Position numbers and translations under genes: made by a program
Part shown: positions 34,897-46,545 of the stretch, piece after piece
Position numbering within the stretch: position 1 is the stretch's first letter
Layout of the letters: the number at the start of each line of letters is the position of its first letter
Origin: Circinaria calcarea
Lineage: Eukaryota
Direction: 5' to 3'
DNA length: 51,549 nucleotides
Assembly (NCBI GenBank): GCA_051942165.1
Contig: JAVECS010000008.1
Coordinates: 1 to 51,549, forward strand
The notes under the pieces: model-generated
Told to the model about the DNA's origin: nothing
Seen by the model: the letters and a program-made list of their open reading frames with translations, nothing else
Databases searched by the model: none

Positions 34897-36210
34897 CTAT
34901 GATTTCTGGAACAAATACTGCGAGACGCCCCATGTATCGCCTCCCTCAAAAGCGAAGAGCTCTGCACAGGCCATGTAAAAGATTTGCCACCTGTAGAACC
35001 ACATGGCCGCGTTGTTCTTCCCATACGTATCTTCTAGATGCGGCCATATCGCCTTCTTGCTTGCATTCATTTTTGACAACCAGTCCTATTACTCATGATC
35101 AGCATATGCGATGCTCGGGTAAGAAAGCTCGTGGGCAGCTCACCTCACACGTTCTCGTATAATGCCGCCCATTTATCCACCATTGCTCTTGCAACCTGAG
35201 ATCATCCTGGAAGTAAAGGAGCAAGTCGGCACTCGGCATGGTACCTCCGGTAAAAAAATGAGTGCTCATCCATCCTTCCTCGAAATCGTACGGCGTTGTC
35301 TTGTGGGCAAAGATATGCACAAACAATTTCCCGCCTCGTCTCAGAGCCCGAGATATTTTGGCCATCAGCAACTGATAATTCTTCATGTGTTCAAACAATT
35401 CGATTGACACGACACGGTCGAAACAGACCGGTTCAAACTCGTAGTCTACCACGTCCCCGGTGATGACAGTGAGATTCGTTAGCCCTTTGAGTTCCGCTTG
35501 GCTATCGATGTACTCCTTCTGCGTTTTGGAATTTGAGAAGGCCGTAATCTTTGAGTTGGGAAAGATCTCTGCAAAGTACAATGCTCCAGATCCCCATCCA
35601 CATCTTGAAGTACACATTAGCATCTCATTCAATTGCCGTTGATATCCTAATCACACACCCGAGGTCCAGGATGCTCAACCCGTCCCGTAATTCGGCCTTC
35701 TCCACATAAGCCTCAAGCATCGCTACTTCCGCCTGTCCCAACGTCTCAGTTCCGGTCGGGTAGAGGCAGCAGCTGTACTTCATTCTAGGTCCCAAACAGG
35801 CTTTGAGAACCCCCGTCCCTACTTCATAATGTTGTTCATTGGCTGTGGGATGAATCAGCACCGACGATATTTAATTATGTTTTAAGGATGGGGAAACCTA
35901 TTTGGAAGTTTGAACAGCCATCTGTCTGGTTCGTAGTAAGTGAATGTATTGCATCTTGGCCTGAAAGCTATTAGACGGCTGCGTGGTTTGAAATTAGGCG
36001 GGAGAATTTTGCCTGATAGGCTTCCTCAAGGGACGTGGACTGAACGGACTTAATTCTGTCCCGTAGCTGTCCTCTTATGCCATAGCGAATCACTGCACCC
36101 GGAAGATAGCCTCCATCAAGTAGTCCCTCGAGGATCGTATCTCAAATGTGTTTAGCAGACAGGAAAATAGACATGGGAATCTGAATGGATGTATACACAC
36201 CGTAACTCAT
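34897..36210 (-). CDS. SAM-dependent methyltransferase (CMAS / coclaurine N-methyltransferase-like), 6 exons with non-canonical introns
   Basis: [17 protein letters not shown]...EEAYQ|AKMQYI...[11 protein letters not shown]...[10 protein letters not shown]...ILDLG|CGWGSG...[15 protein letters not shown]...[10 protein letters not shown]...W+[14 protein letters not shown]. Confidence 0.88.
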
Positions 36211-36498
36211 GCTTGAATGTCAACAGCCTCGAATCTTTTACGTTACCACCACACTTATTCCACGTGTATGGTAGAGCGTTGACTTCGTACGAAGCGTTAA
36301 ATATTTTTCCAGGCCCTAGGCGAGCAGACCATCTAGGTTACCCGCCAAGATCGCTTCTACTGGCATGTCAATTTAAGGCATTGTCTGGCACCCTACCTTA
36401 TCATATATCAATGGACTTGTTTCGTACTGTGGGTCAAAGAAAAGGTTCAGTGAGCAACTATTCCATGACTACGAAACACGCCAACGACTCTATCAATT

Positions 36499-39400
36499 CT
36501 ATATACACATCCTTTCAAGCAGTGGTTTATACTCCTTACGTTTCTTCCTCCGTTGAGGCCAAATACGATCATGCGCCTGTCCAAGAAGCCGTGCGATCCA
36601 CAGAAATAAGTGCCTTTCCGCGACCCATGCGCATGCGAAGCCTCCTAATCCCAGAATCAAGATGAACAGCTTGAAGTTCGTAGATAGCCATGTCAACTGC
36701 ATGAAATCAGAAATCCCGACACCTGGATCCACCAACATGTAAACCGAGACTAGGAGTGTCACAACGATGGTAACAACAAAAGGCACTGTAGATTTGTCAG
36801 CGAGTGTGCTATAGTCAAATTATCACAGCGGGCATACAGTTCTGAGTCATCGATTGCCTGAATGGAGGTCCGATACTGAGTACAACTCCCGAGAGAATGT
36901 ATTGAAAACAGGAAATCAGGAACAACGTTGTATTCTGAGAATTTTGCACGTTCGACTTATTCCTGTCCAGTTTTGGCGGTTGGTACCTAGGAGAACATTA
37001 GCCAAGGTGGTACCTCAAGTCTAGCACTTGGTATGCACCATGTTTGCTGCTGGACGATTTCGAACCCAAGCAGCTGAATGCATATACATATAAGAACCTG
37101 GCCCAATAAAGGGGTGAGGACTTTGCGGGACACAAGGCTCGCAGTAGGTCTTTTGCGAGAGAGCACCGGATATGCGCCAGTCCAACCCACTTGTAATCAG
37201 TCAGTTTCCGCCGCCCGCAGAGATTATCTGAACGTACTAAATATTGCAATGGGAAGGATAAGCAGTAGGTCTATGAAGAGGAACTATTACAGTATGAGCT
37301 GTCTGATTGTCATTCCTTGCAATGGGTGCCTACCTGGAAATCTCCAAGGTTAGACGCAGACGCGTAGAGAAAGCTGACGGTAGTAAACTGGATCGCAGAG
37401 TACAAACTCATGTACTTGAAGCAGCAAAAGCTTGTGACCAGAGCTGCTCGACCCTCACTGGTTCGAGGTTAGCCATTCAATTCTCCGACTCTTTGGAGGG
37501 AGAAGCGTACCGAATAACTTCAGGAACGCAAGAAATGTCAAACACCCGACTCGTGAATGGGGCGGCGACCGAAGCTTCTGCTTCCGAAAGAGAGATGCCA
37601 ACGTCTGCGGCTTTCAACGCGCCACAATCGTTTGCACCATCTCCACAAAATCCACAACAGTAATCAATGCTCTGAAGCTTTTCGACTAATTCATGCTTCT
37701 CGTCCGGAGACATCCTAGCGAACACCCGCCCCGAAACCAGCATCTGATCCTGCAATCAGCCCATAGGCATTTCTCCGGCCATAGGCTGACTTACACGTTT
37801 GAGGATATCAGCGCTGCCATACTCGATCACCCATCTGAAGACGTCGCCACTGACTGCGAGAGAGTAATTCTTTAGATTAGAAACGTCGTATGGCACGGAC
37901 ATATCCCCTTCAACCGGGGGTGGGAGCGGCTGCGCCCATTAGTATTTCCCTGACCGAAGCAAATGTATCCTTACCAAAAGAGTTTTCTCATCAAGCTCAT
38001 AAATCGAGTTATCTGCACTTTCCCAGTTAAGACGAGCATTCGGCTCTGAACTATCACCTAATGGGTTTTAGCATAGTTACGGGAGCAAAGACACTACCGT
38101 CGAGCTACATACCTTGGACGAAGTGCGGAACGAAGCAATGAGCTGTTCTGTCGATCAATTGGCACTCCCTTGCAACACTGATTGCAGTGAGGATGTTATC
38201 TCCGGTACACATTACACTGCGTATGCCTGCCTCGTTGAGCTCATGAATGACTGCAGTGGTGCTTGGCTTTAGTTTATTTTCGAAGATGATAAACCCTACA
38301 AACTCAAGCTCTGACTCAGCTTCCCTGCGATTCATCCTCTGGACCTTTGCCGAAGTCAATTCTATTATGTGTTTGGTTGCACAGGCGATGACTCGAAAAC
38401 CTCTATGGGTGTAGTAATTTAAGAGCTCCTCATAATCAAGAGGAACTACAGGGGAGACGATTAACAGCTTGTTTTGTGTACATCACACCAGATAGATACT
38501 TACAGCTCTCGAGCCTGCATATGTCTTTCATACATTCCGGTGCCCCCTTGACGTAGATATCTCCGCCAGAGGACCGGAATTGCCTAACCACAACACTGGC
38601 CCTACGCAGCTGCGACGTGAATTCAAACGACTTCAAGATGCCCAACTCGATCGGATAATGCTGGGAATTCTGGGAGTTTTCTTAGTTTCTTCTAAATGTG
38701 GTTAAGAGGATACATACAATAGCAGCTTCGGCAGTAGCATCTATCTCATATTCCATACCAGGAGGTGGCCGTGAGACCGCCGGAGATAAGTTATTATGTT
38801 CTTCATCATCGTTAAGTGCTGATCTCTGCCCGCCTTCCTCAAATGACCATCCAGTAAAGTTAAACATCTTGTAATCAAGGGGGTCTCCAACTAGTTTCTC
38901 GTCCACAAGGCGTAGCGAGTGGCACGTTGCCATTGTATACATGACAGCCTTATGGACTTCATAATCGACCGTTGGATCACGCTCGTAAGAAGCTCCTGGA
39001 AGTATGGCGGTTGAATTGCTAAGGATGTCGCTAAACCTGAAAATCATCAGATTTTGGGTGGAAAAGTCTAAGAAGATCTCGGCCTAACTACCTCCTCACT
39101 GGTCGGTGTACAACCCTTACACCCAGGACGTCGAGCCCATCTTCAGTCAAGGTCCCAGTCTTGTCAAAACAGACAATATCCAATTTACCCCCAACGTTAA
39201 CTCTATTGATGTCAGACCTCGATGGATTAGGGCGAGTGACTTAACCAGCCTACCTCTGCGGACTTATGCAGAAGATGCCTTTCTTCTTCAAGCGAGACAA
39301 AGCGAAGTTTGTCCCAATCGTCAAGGTTGCTGGTAAGGCCGGTGGTACCACTATTGTAATGAGGTCCAAAGCTCTAACAAGGACGAGGTGCCAAGCCAGC

Positions 39401-41536
39401 TAGATTCGTCAATATAGAATTAGACGACAAGAGATGCCTTGTACTCACATGCAACCGGACGAAGTTGATGAACGAAGCGATGAACCCTACACCTGCCACT
39501 CCTGCCATTACCGATATGTAGCGAAAAGAGTCTTTGTAGAATTTAAATCCAGATGGCTTAGGGAACAGCATAGACCGCACCAATGCTCCTTTGGTTGTAT
39601 TGAAACCCGTTCGCACAATGATTGCCAATGCCACAGCTTCTTCGTCCTGACCATCTTGTGGTCGTCTTGCACGGATGATCTTAGTTCCACTGAAAAGGAA
39701 GTGCTTGGCAACTTCTGGGAGAATGGAAGTAGCGCTGAGGTCAAGTAACTGCAGCGATTCGTCTATAGCTGGGAGCTTTGAAACAGGAACAGATTCGCCT
39801 ACGATATCAACATGGATAACGTCCGAGGATCCTCTACTGACTTACCAGTAAGCATACTCTCGTTCACAATACAATCGCCCGCTAGAAGTAGACTATCACA
39901 GGGGAAATGAGTCAAAGATGGGTCCGACACCTCGTACACATCTCCAGGCACCAGCTCGCAACTGGTAACACTTCGCCCTGTTCTGCATTAGCATTCTAAC
40001 AGTGCTTCAGGTGTAGCAGGTTTACAAAAGCCGTTCCTGAGAACTCTCACGTCACACTCAAATCGAGATATTTCACGGAGACGTTTCAATGTCTGTCCAA
40101 TCAGCTAAAGATCCTGTGGTATTTACTATGAACGCTTACTGTTCGGGTCTCTAGTAATGTTGTTGTGATGCTAACAACAGAGATTAGGAAGATACAAGCA
40201 GCGTAATAATAGTACTCGTCCAGGGACCACAAGATGAGACTTGCAACTTGGAATATATAGAATGGATGGATAACCTGCACGAGTCAGCACATCATGATGA
40301 AGCTAAAGAGATGAGGAGCGGACCTCGTCAATCAATAGCTGCGGAACAGATTTCTCCTGGATATCAATGATATTCATCCCGAAGACTTTTTCTCGTTTCA
40401 GCCGTTCGTCTGTATCCAAGCCGCTCCTAATGGCTTTAACGTCCGTCCATGCAGGATCTTTCCAATTACTATTAAGAACAAATCTATCTTTTAAGGGGTG
40501 GAAGACGAATCGGATATAACGATAATCTAGGAAACGGAGCAAGATCATGACCGGATCTTCATCTTCATCGTATTCCCGAAGACTCGTTTTCTCCTGGGAT
40601 CCAAAAACTGTGGAGACCGAGTGCCCATATTTCTCAGCTGATATGTTATGTATAGTAAATTCGCCCCATTGATTCTAGCGTGCATTAGTACGGTGTGACT
40701 CGCGACACACTAACAACAGCGTACCTCCATGACAACCCAAGAACACTCTCGTAATGGTTTCGGTGAGCCAACCAAGCGAACTCTCCAGCGGGGAAGCCAT
40801 CGAAGTAGCAAATAACCTAATCCCAATGTAACTATACAGAAAACGGCATATGCGACCAGCCCTAAATAGCTTGATGTGAAGCCAGCAATAACGACTGTCA
40901 AGTCCTCAGTAACAATATATATCTTCTGGCTTATCCTTCCATTCCGTCCGTAGCCACTAGTGTCAGTTTTAACGGAGTCATGACGGTGGAGAAGGGGGTC
41001 TTCTGCGGAGGTCCTCGAGAAGCCGGAAGACTTGCGTCTGTTTTTAGAGATAATGCCGGCTTCTAGATCATCATCACTGTCGGCATGGGGGATGACTTCA
41101 ACATTATCGTCACTGTCATCAGTGACTGCTCCATCCTCGTGCCAACCCACAGCATCTTGATTCTCTTCAAAGTAAGTAAAGCTAGCTGTGGAGTCGGCCC
41201 GAATCCTACGGTTTGCAAAGCCCGTAGCGCTGGAAGGAACACTTTCTGACATAGGTCCTGCAAAGACCTAGGCAGATCAGTAAAATGGTTGCCTCCTGGT
41301 CCCAGGTAGAAAGGAGAGATGGCTGACCTCGTCATGAGCCATTTCAACACCAGACACAAAGCTAGCCCTAGCTTTATATAAGTGAAGCGATGTAGTCATT
41401 GTGAGAGAGGTTCTTACGTGCTCATATTAGAATCCCGGCGAAATAGGGGTATCGTAACGCCCTGGCCATTGCCAACAACACTACCACTTGAGTCCTCATC
41501 CATGTGCCACTTGGGGCGAGGGCTCGATTCGATCAT
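36499..41536 (-). CDS. YPK9: P5B-type ATPase (Ypk9/ATP13A2-like vacuolar polyamine/cation transporter), multi-exon
   Basis: PPALP motif, [44 protein letters not shown] and the P5 N-terminal LLLRWLPRW. About 17 GT-AG introns. Confidence 0.93.
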
Positions 41537-42071
41537 GGCCTCCAGCGGTTGGCTTGCTGATGTCTAGCTTAATGTCACCAGAGGAGAGTCTGAATATATT
41601 GCGGGGATGCAATCGATTTTTATCATAGCTTCAACGCTTCTTGCTTAGCCTGTGCGCAGACTTGATCGAAGCAATTTGACATTAACGTTCGGATATGGGG
41701 ACGACATGGTGGGGTTTCTATATGGCAATACGGCATCAAGCTTAAGGGTTAACTCAGAACAACACATCCGCACACCATGCGGTATGAGAAAGGAGAAAGC
41801 CGTGCTGAGAGTAGGACGATTATTCGATTCAGGCCCGACGTGGGTATGAGGGGACGTCCTCTTAAATAAAATTTGATAGTCAGAAACGATTCACTACCTT
41901 AGCATAAGATCACGGGGAGTCACCCACCCCGCTAAAAATTTCACTTCCCCAACGCCGCCTGCTCACCATATAAATTTTCAACGCACTCGTTCACAATCCC
42001 ACACACCACTCACTTCCACCGCCCCAGCCATTCTCACTTGGCTGTGTCATCTCCACTGATAATCTACGGTC

Positions 42072-43532
42072 ATGTCGGAACCAATTAGGAACAAGAAGCT
42101 TGACCTGACGACCGCACCGTAAGTTATACTGACTCCACAGAGGCACGAAGCCTAGGCCATAATTCTCACTTCAGCACAGCACTCCTCAGAACACTCCTTC
42201 TAACAATGCGCCAATCTCTTCGCATGCCCAACAGCCTGGCGTAGCTAGTATCAAAGAGGGTATGCCTCCTACCCACTGCTACCCAACCTGATACATTACT
42301 GATGGTTTATCTGTTAGAGGACCTTGATCGCGCCGCTGCCACTTCCATCTTTGCCCAGAATCCTAAGCTAGTGTCGATGATTCAAGGAAAGCTTGGTTCA
42401 TTAGTGGGACGTTCGTCTGGATACATTGAGTCCCTCCCGGCGCCCGTTCGCCGCCGTGTGGCTGGGTTAAAGGGCGTGCAAAAGGAACACTCAAAGCTTG
42501 AATCCGAGTTCCAGGAAGAAGTCCTTCAGCTCGAAAAGAAGTATTTCGCAAAATTCACTCCACTTTACGAGAAGCGTGCCAAGATTGTCAACGGGGCCGC
42601 CGAACCCACGGAAGAAGAAGTCAAAGCTGGAGAAGCCGATGAGGAAGGAGAGGAAGAGGATGACGCAGTGGGCTCCACCAAAGCTGGCTCGAACACCGAA
42701 AGTGCTGCCCAGGAAAACGTCTCCGGCATTCCTGAGTTCTGGCTTTCTGCTATGAAAAACCAGGTTTCACTAGCAGAGCTGATTACCGATCGTGACGAAG
42801 TCGCCTTGAAGGCATTGACTGATATTCGTATGGAATATCTGGACCAGCCCGGCTTTCGCTTGATTTTTGAGTTTGGAGAGAATGAGTTCTTCACGAATAA
42901 GGTCATCACTAAAACCTATTACTACCAAGAAGAGAGCGGATACGGTGGTGACTTCATCTACGATCATGCAGAGGGTGACAAGATCAACTGGAAATCCGGG
43001 CAAGACCTTACCGTGCGAGTTGAGAGCAAAAAGCAGCGCAACAAGAGTAAGAAGCCCCTATCGCCTACAGCATATATAACGCTTACCAGATACAAGATAC
43101 GAAGCAGACGCGAGTTGTCAAGAAGACTGTACCTACAGACTCGTTCTTCAACTTCTTCAATCCACCCGTAGCACCCAAAGATGGGGATGAAGACGAAGAC
43201 GGCGCGCCGTCCGACATTGAAGAGCGCCTAGAGCTTGATTACCAGCTCGGGGAAGACATCAAGGAGAAGTTGATCCCGCGGGCAATCGACTGGTTTACTG
43301 GCGAAGCTTTGCAGTTTGAAGAACTAGACGATGACCTTGAGGAAGGTGATTTTGAAGATGAAGATGATGATGAAGACGATGATGCGAGTGATGACCGGGA
43401 CGAAGACGACGAGTCAGAAGATGAGGTATGCATCAGCGGTGGCTCGTGTAAAGAGACTCGCACACACTAACTCTGCGCCAGGATGATGGTTCGAAGCCCA
43501 AGCAAGAGGCAGCTGAGTGCAAACAAAGCTAG
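42072..43532 (+). CDS. NAP1: Nucleosome assembly protein 1, 5 exons
   Basis: [39 protein letters not shown], an acidic tail and a C-terminal CKQS* prenylation-type motif. Confidence 0.96.
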
Positions 43533-44102
43533 AGTCCCGAAGCTATCTCCGGTCTTTTGAATGACCATGGGAACGAGGGAGTGTCAGCGGTTGTCCATCT
43601 GAAGAAGTTATCTTCACACTAGGATGAAGGCAAAGTTACGCTCGGGCTCATGCAGTTCTGTTATTACAGTTGTTCAACTGCTTGTCAACCTACCGTACCA
43701 CGCTCGTCGAGTGGTGTATGCACCAACTCCTGGAATAACAAATAGATAACAGGCGAACGGCGTGTGAACTGTACGGTGCTAGGCTATGTCTCCTAATGAT
43801 CATGCTGTTGCACGTTACTTGATGTACTCAGGAATCGATTCTCGAGACTAGAACATCGTACCCAAGTCCAAAGGACACGTATGGCGTGACTCTGCTCCAA
43901 TAACCTGGATGATTTGTAGCTATTGTACATAATGGGCCACAAAGAATCGACCAGCCGTGCAGATCTTGCTTAGGTCTTGCTTACTAGTGGATGAACGACC
44001 GACGGCTAGAAGGATCAGATGCGTTGCGTGATAGAAAATTTGGTGAACACTCTTCGAAATTAGTACAGTCCCTTTGTTCCCTCGGAACTGTCATCAAGCT
44101 TC

Positions 44103-45787
44103 ATGGCATCTACGGCCAAAAACATCGGAGTGCAGTCCAGTGGCCTGGCAAGGCAGTTTTCGAATAGTCTCAGCCCCTCCGTCTCGCCAACGGCAACCTT
44201 TCACTCTCCCCCGTCAAGCTTTGGTGGGCCGCAGCTGGTGCGCACGGCGACTGCGAAACAGCTGAAGCCGTTCGCAACCGAAGATATTAAGATCTTGCTT
44301 CTGGAGAATGTGAACCAAACCGGTCGAGATATCCTGACGAAGCAAGGCTACCAAGTGGAATTCCTCAAGTCCTCCCTTCCCGAAGATGAGTTGATTGCAA
44401 AAATTCGGTGGGGTGCCTTGCCTGCGCCCCTAATCGGGACTCGCACTTGTTCTAACTCGCTCCGTACAGAGATGTCCATGTTATCGGGATCCGTTCCAAA
44501 ACCAAACTGACAGCCAAGGTACTGCGGACGGCCAAGAACCTCATTGTGATTGGTTGCTTCTGCATTGGGACCAATCAGGTTGATCTGCAATATGCAGCTC
44601 AGCATGGAATTGCAGTCTTCAACTCTCCCTTCAGCAATTCCCGTAGCGTTGCAGAACTTATCATTGGAGAAGTCATCGCTTTGGCCCGGCAGCTGGGTGA
44701 TCGCTCGAGTGAGCTGCACAACGGGACATGGAACAAAGTAAGTAGTGGGTGCTGGGAGATAAGAGGCAAGACTCTAGGTGGGTGATCGGTAGCTCTACAT
44801 GTGGACATCCTCTTAACGGATTGCTAGGTATCATAGGGTATGGGCACATTGGATCTCAACTTTCGGTGCTTGCAGAGGCAATGGGGATGTCAGTCGTCTT
44901 CTTTGATACTGTCAATTTGATGTCACTTGGCACTGCCCGGCAAGTCCCGTCTCTAGAGGCATTACTCGAAGAAGCGGATTTTGTTACATGTCACGTCCCA
45001 GAGCTACCAGAAACCAAGAACATGATTGGTCACGAGCAGCTCGGTCAGATGAAGGACGGAAGCTATCTGCTCAACGCAAGCCGCGGAAGCGTGGTGGATA
45101 TACCAGCGCTCGTCGATGCTATGCGAGGAGGGAAAATCGCCGGGGCAGCTTTAGACGTGTATCCCTCTGAACCAAGCGGGAATGGCGACTACTTCACAAA
45201 CGAGCTCAACCCATGGGCAGAAGATCTGAGAGGCCTCAAGAACGTGATTTTGACACCGCACATCGGAGGAAGTACTGAGGAGGCTCAAAGTGCAATTGGA
45301 ATCGAGGTCGGACAAGCCCTTGTCCGATATGTTAACGAGGGCACGACTCTCGGGGCCGTCAATTTGCCAGAGGTAAATCTGCGTTCCTTGACAATGGACG
45401 AGCCCAACCATGTCCGGGTAATCTACATTCATCATAATATCCCTGGAGTACTGAGAAAAGGTAAGCAGCTCGATTGTCCTAGGCACGTTCTTCCGGCGGT
45501 GCACTAACGGTAGCAGTCAATGAGATCCTTGGAGATCACAACGTGGATAAGCAGATGACTGATAGCAGAGGCGACGTTCGGCATTACAACTTCCATTTCG
45601 CATGTCAGTTTGGCTGACACTGTTTAGGTGGCTTATCTGATGGCTGATATCAGCAATGTCAACACTAATGAAATCAAAGACTTGTACCAGAGCCTGGAGA
45701 ACTTGAGTTGTAAGTGGATTGGGCAGACATAAAATTGGCCGTGTTCTGATTTCTCTAGCTCGGATTATGACCCGGGTGCTATTTTAG
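44103..45787 (+). CDS. SER3: D-3-phosphoglycerate dehydrogenase, 6 exons
   Basis: KILLLENV, GCFCIGTNQVDL, NSRSVAE, GKTLG|IIGYGHIGSQL, NASRG, TPHIGGSTEEAQ and the ACT domain HHNIPGVL. Confidence 0.96.
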
Positions 45788-46545
45788 AGGGGTGACCAAC
45801 CAGCCAAAAAATCTGCTTTTCCCTATCATCTTTGGTGGAATGCAGAACATCGACTGTGCTCTCGCCGTGATCGTCCTTGCATATAGTGGCAGCGAAACTC
45901 GATCCCTATGCTCCTTGGCTTGGTCCAGGTGACATCTGGTCAGCATAGCCATAAGCAATGTGCGATGCTACAGGATCCAGTTGTACCATTGAGCTGTAAT
46001 GGTGGTCTGGAAGTTCTCCAAAAACTTGCCTTGTACGTAGCATCTAAGGTTTACACGGGACATGCCATTGTAGTCCTGCTACCGTTCGCTGCTTGTGTAG
46101 GTGTTTGTCACAATCTGCTGTCGATGTGATGTCGAACTTCCTTTCAGACCCTATACCACTTGCGCCTGCGTACGGAGTAGTCACTCCGGCGGAATAGAGA
46201 TAATCCGGAATCCGTCGTGAGCTAACGGTGTTCTGCCGGTCGGACAGCAAAAAGCACGTGTGGAGGACGGAGGACGGAAAAGGAGTGCATGCCACACCTG
46301 GCCCTTGTATCGCGTATTTCGTTGTTGGTCGTAAAATGTAAACTCAACCCCCTTTGACCATCCCCCCACACCTACGCTGATGCATTTAGGCCGGGAAGAC
46401 GCTCCTTTGGTGACTTACGTGACCGTGCGACATTGACTAGGAGTTCGGGTATCCTTTGTCCTGTACCTGTTCCTGCACACCTCGACCCAGACTTGCACCT
46501 TCAACCTGGCCTTTCGGGAGAACTCCTCCGTGAAGATCTTTGCTC

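Noticed and set aside
35845..35901. Interpretation as a U12-type intron or a stwintron
   Set aside because: The donor is ATAGGT, not ATATCCTT, and the TCCTTAA is far from the 3' end. At 57 nt it is too short for two nested introns.
34897..36210. Methyltransferase as part of an alkaloid or secondary-metabolite cluster
   Set aside because: The neighbours are housekeeping genes, and there is no PKS, NRPS, P450 or cluster-type transcription factor in the window.
43887..43892. TGACTC Gcn4/CpcA-like site upstream of SER3
   Set aside because: A single imperfect hexamer is expected by chance. Plausible but unsupported.
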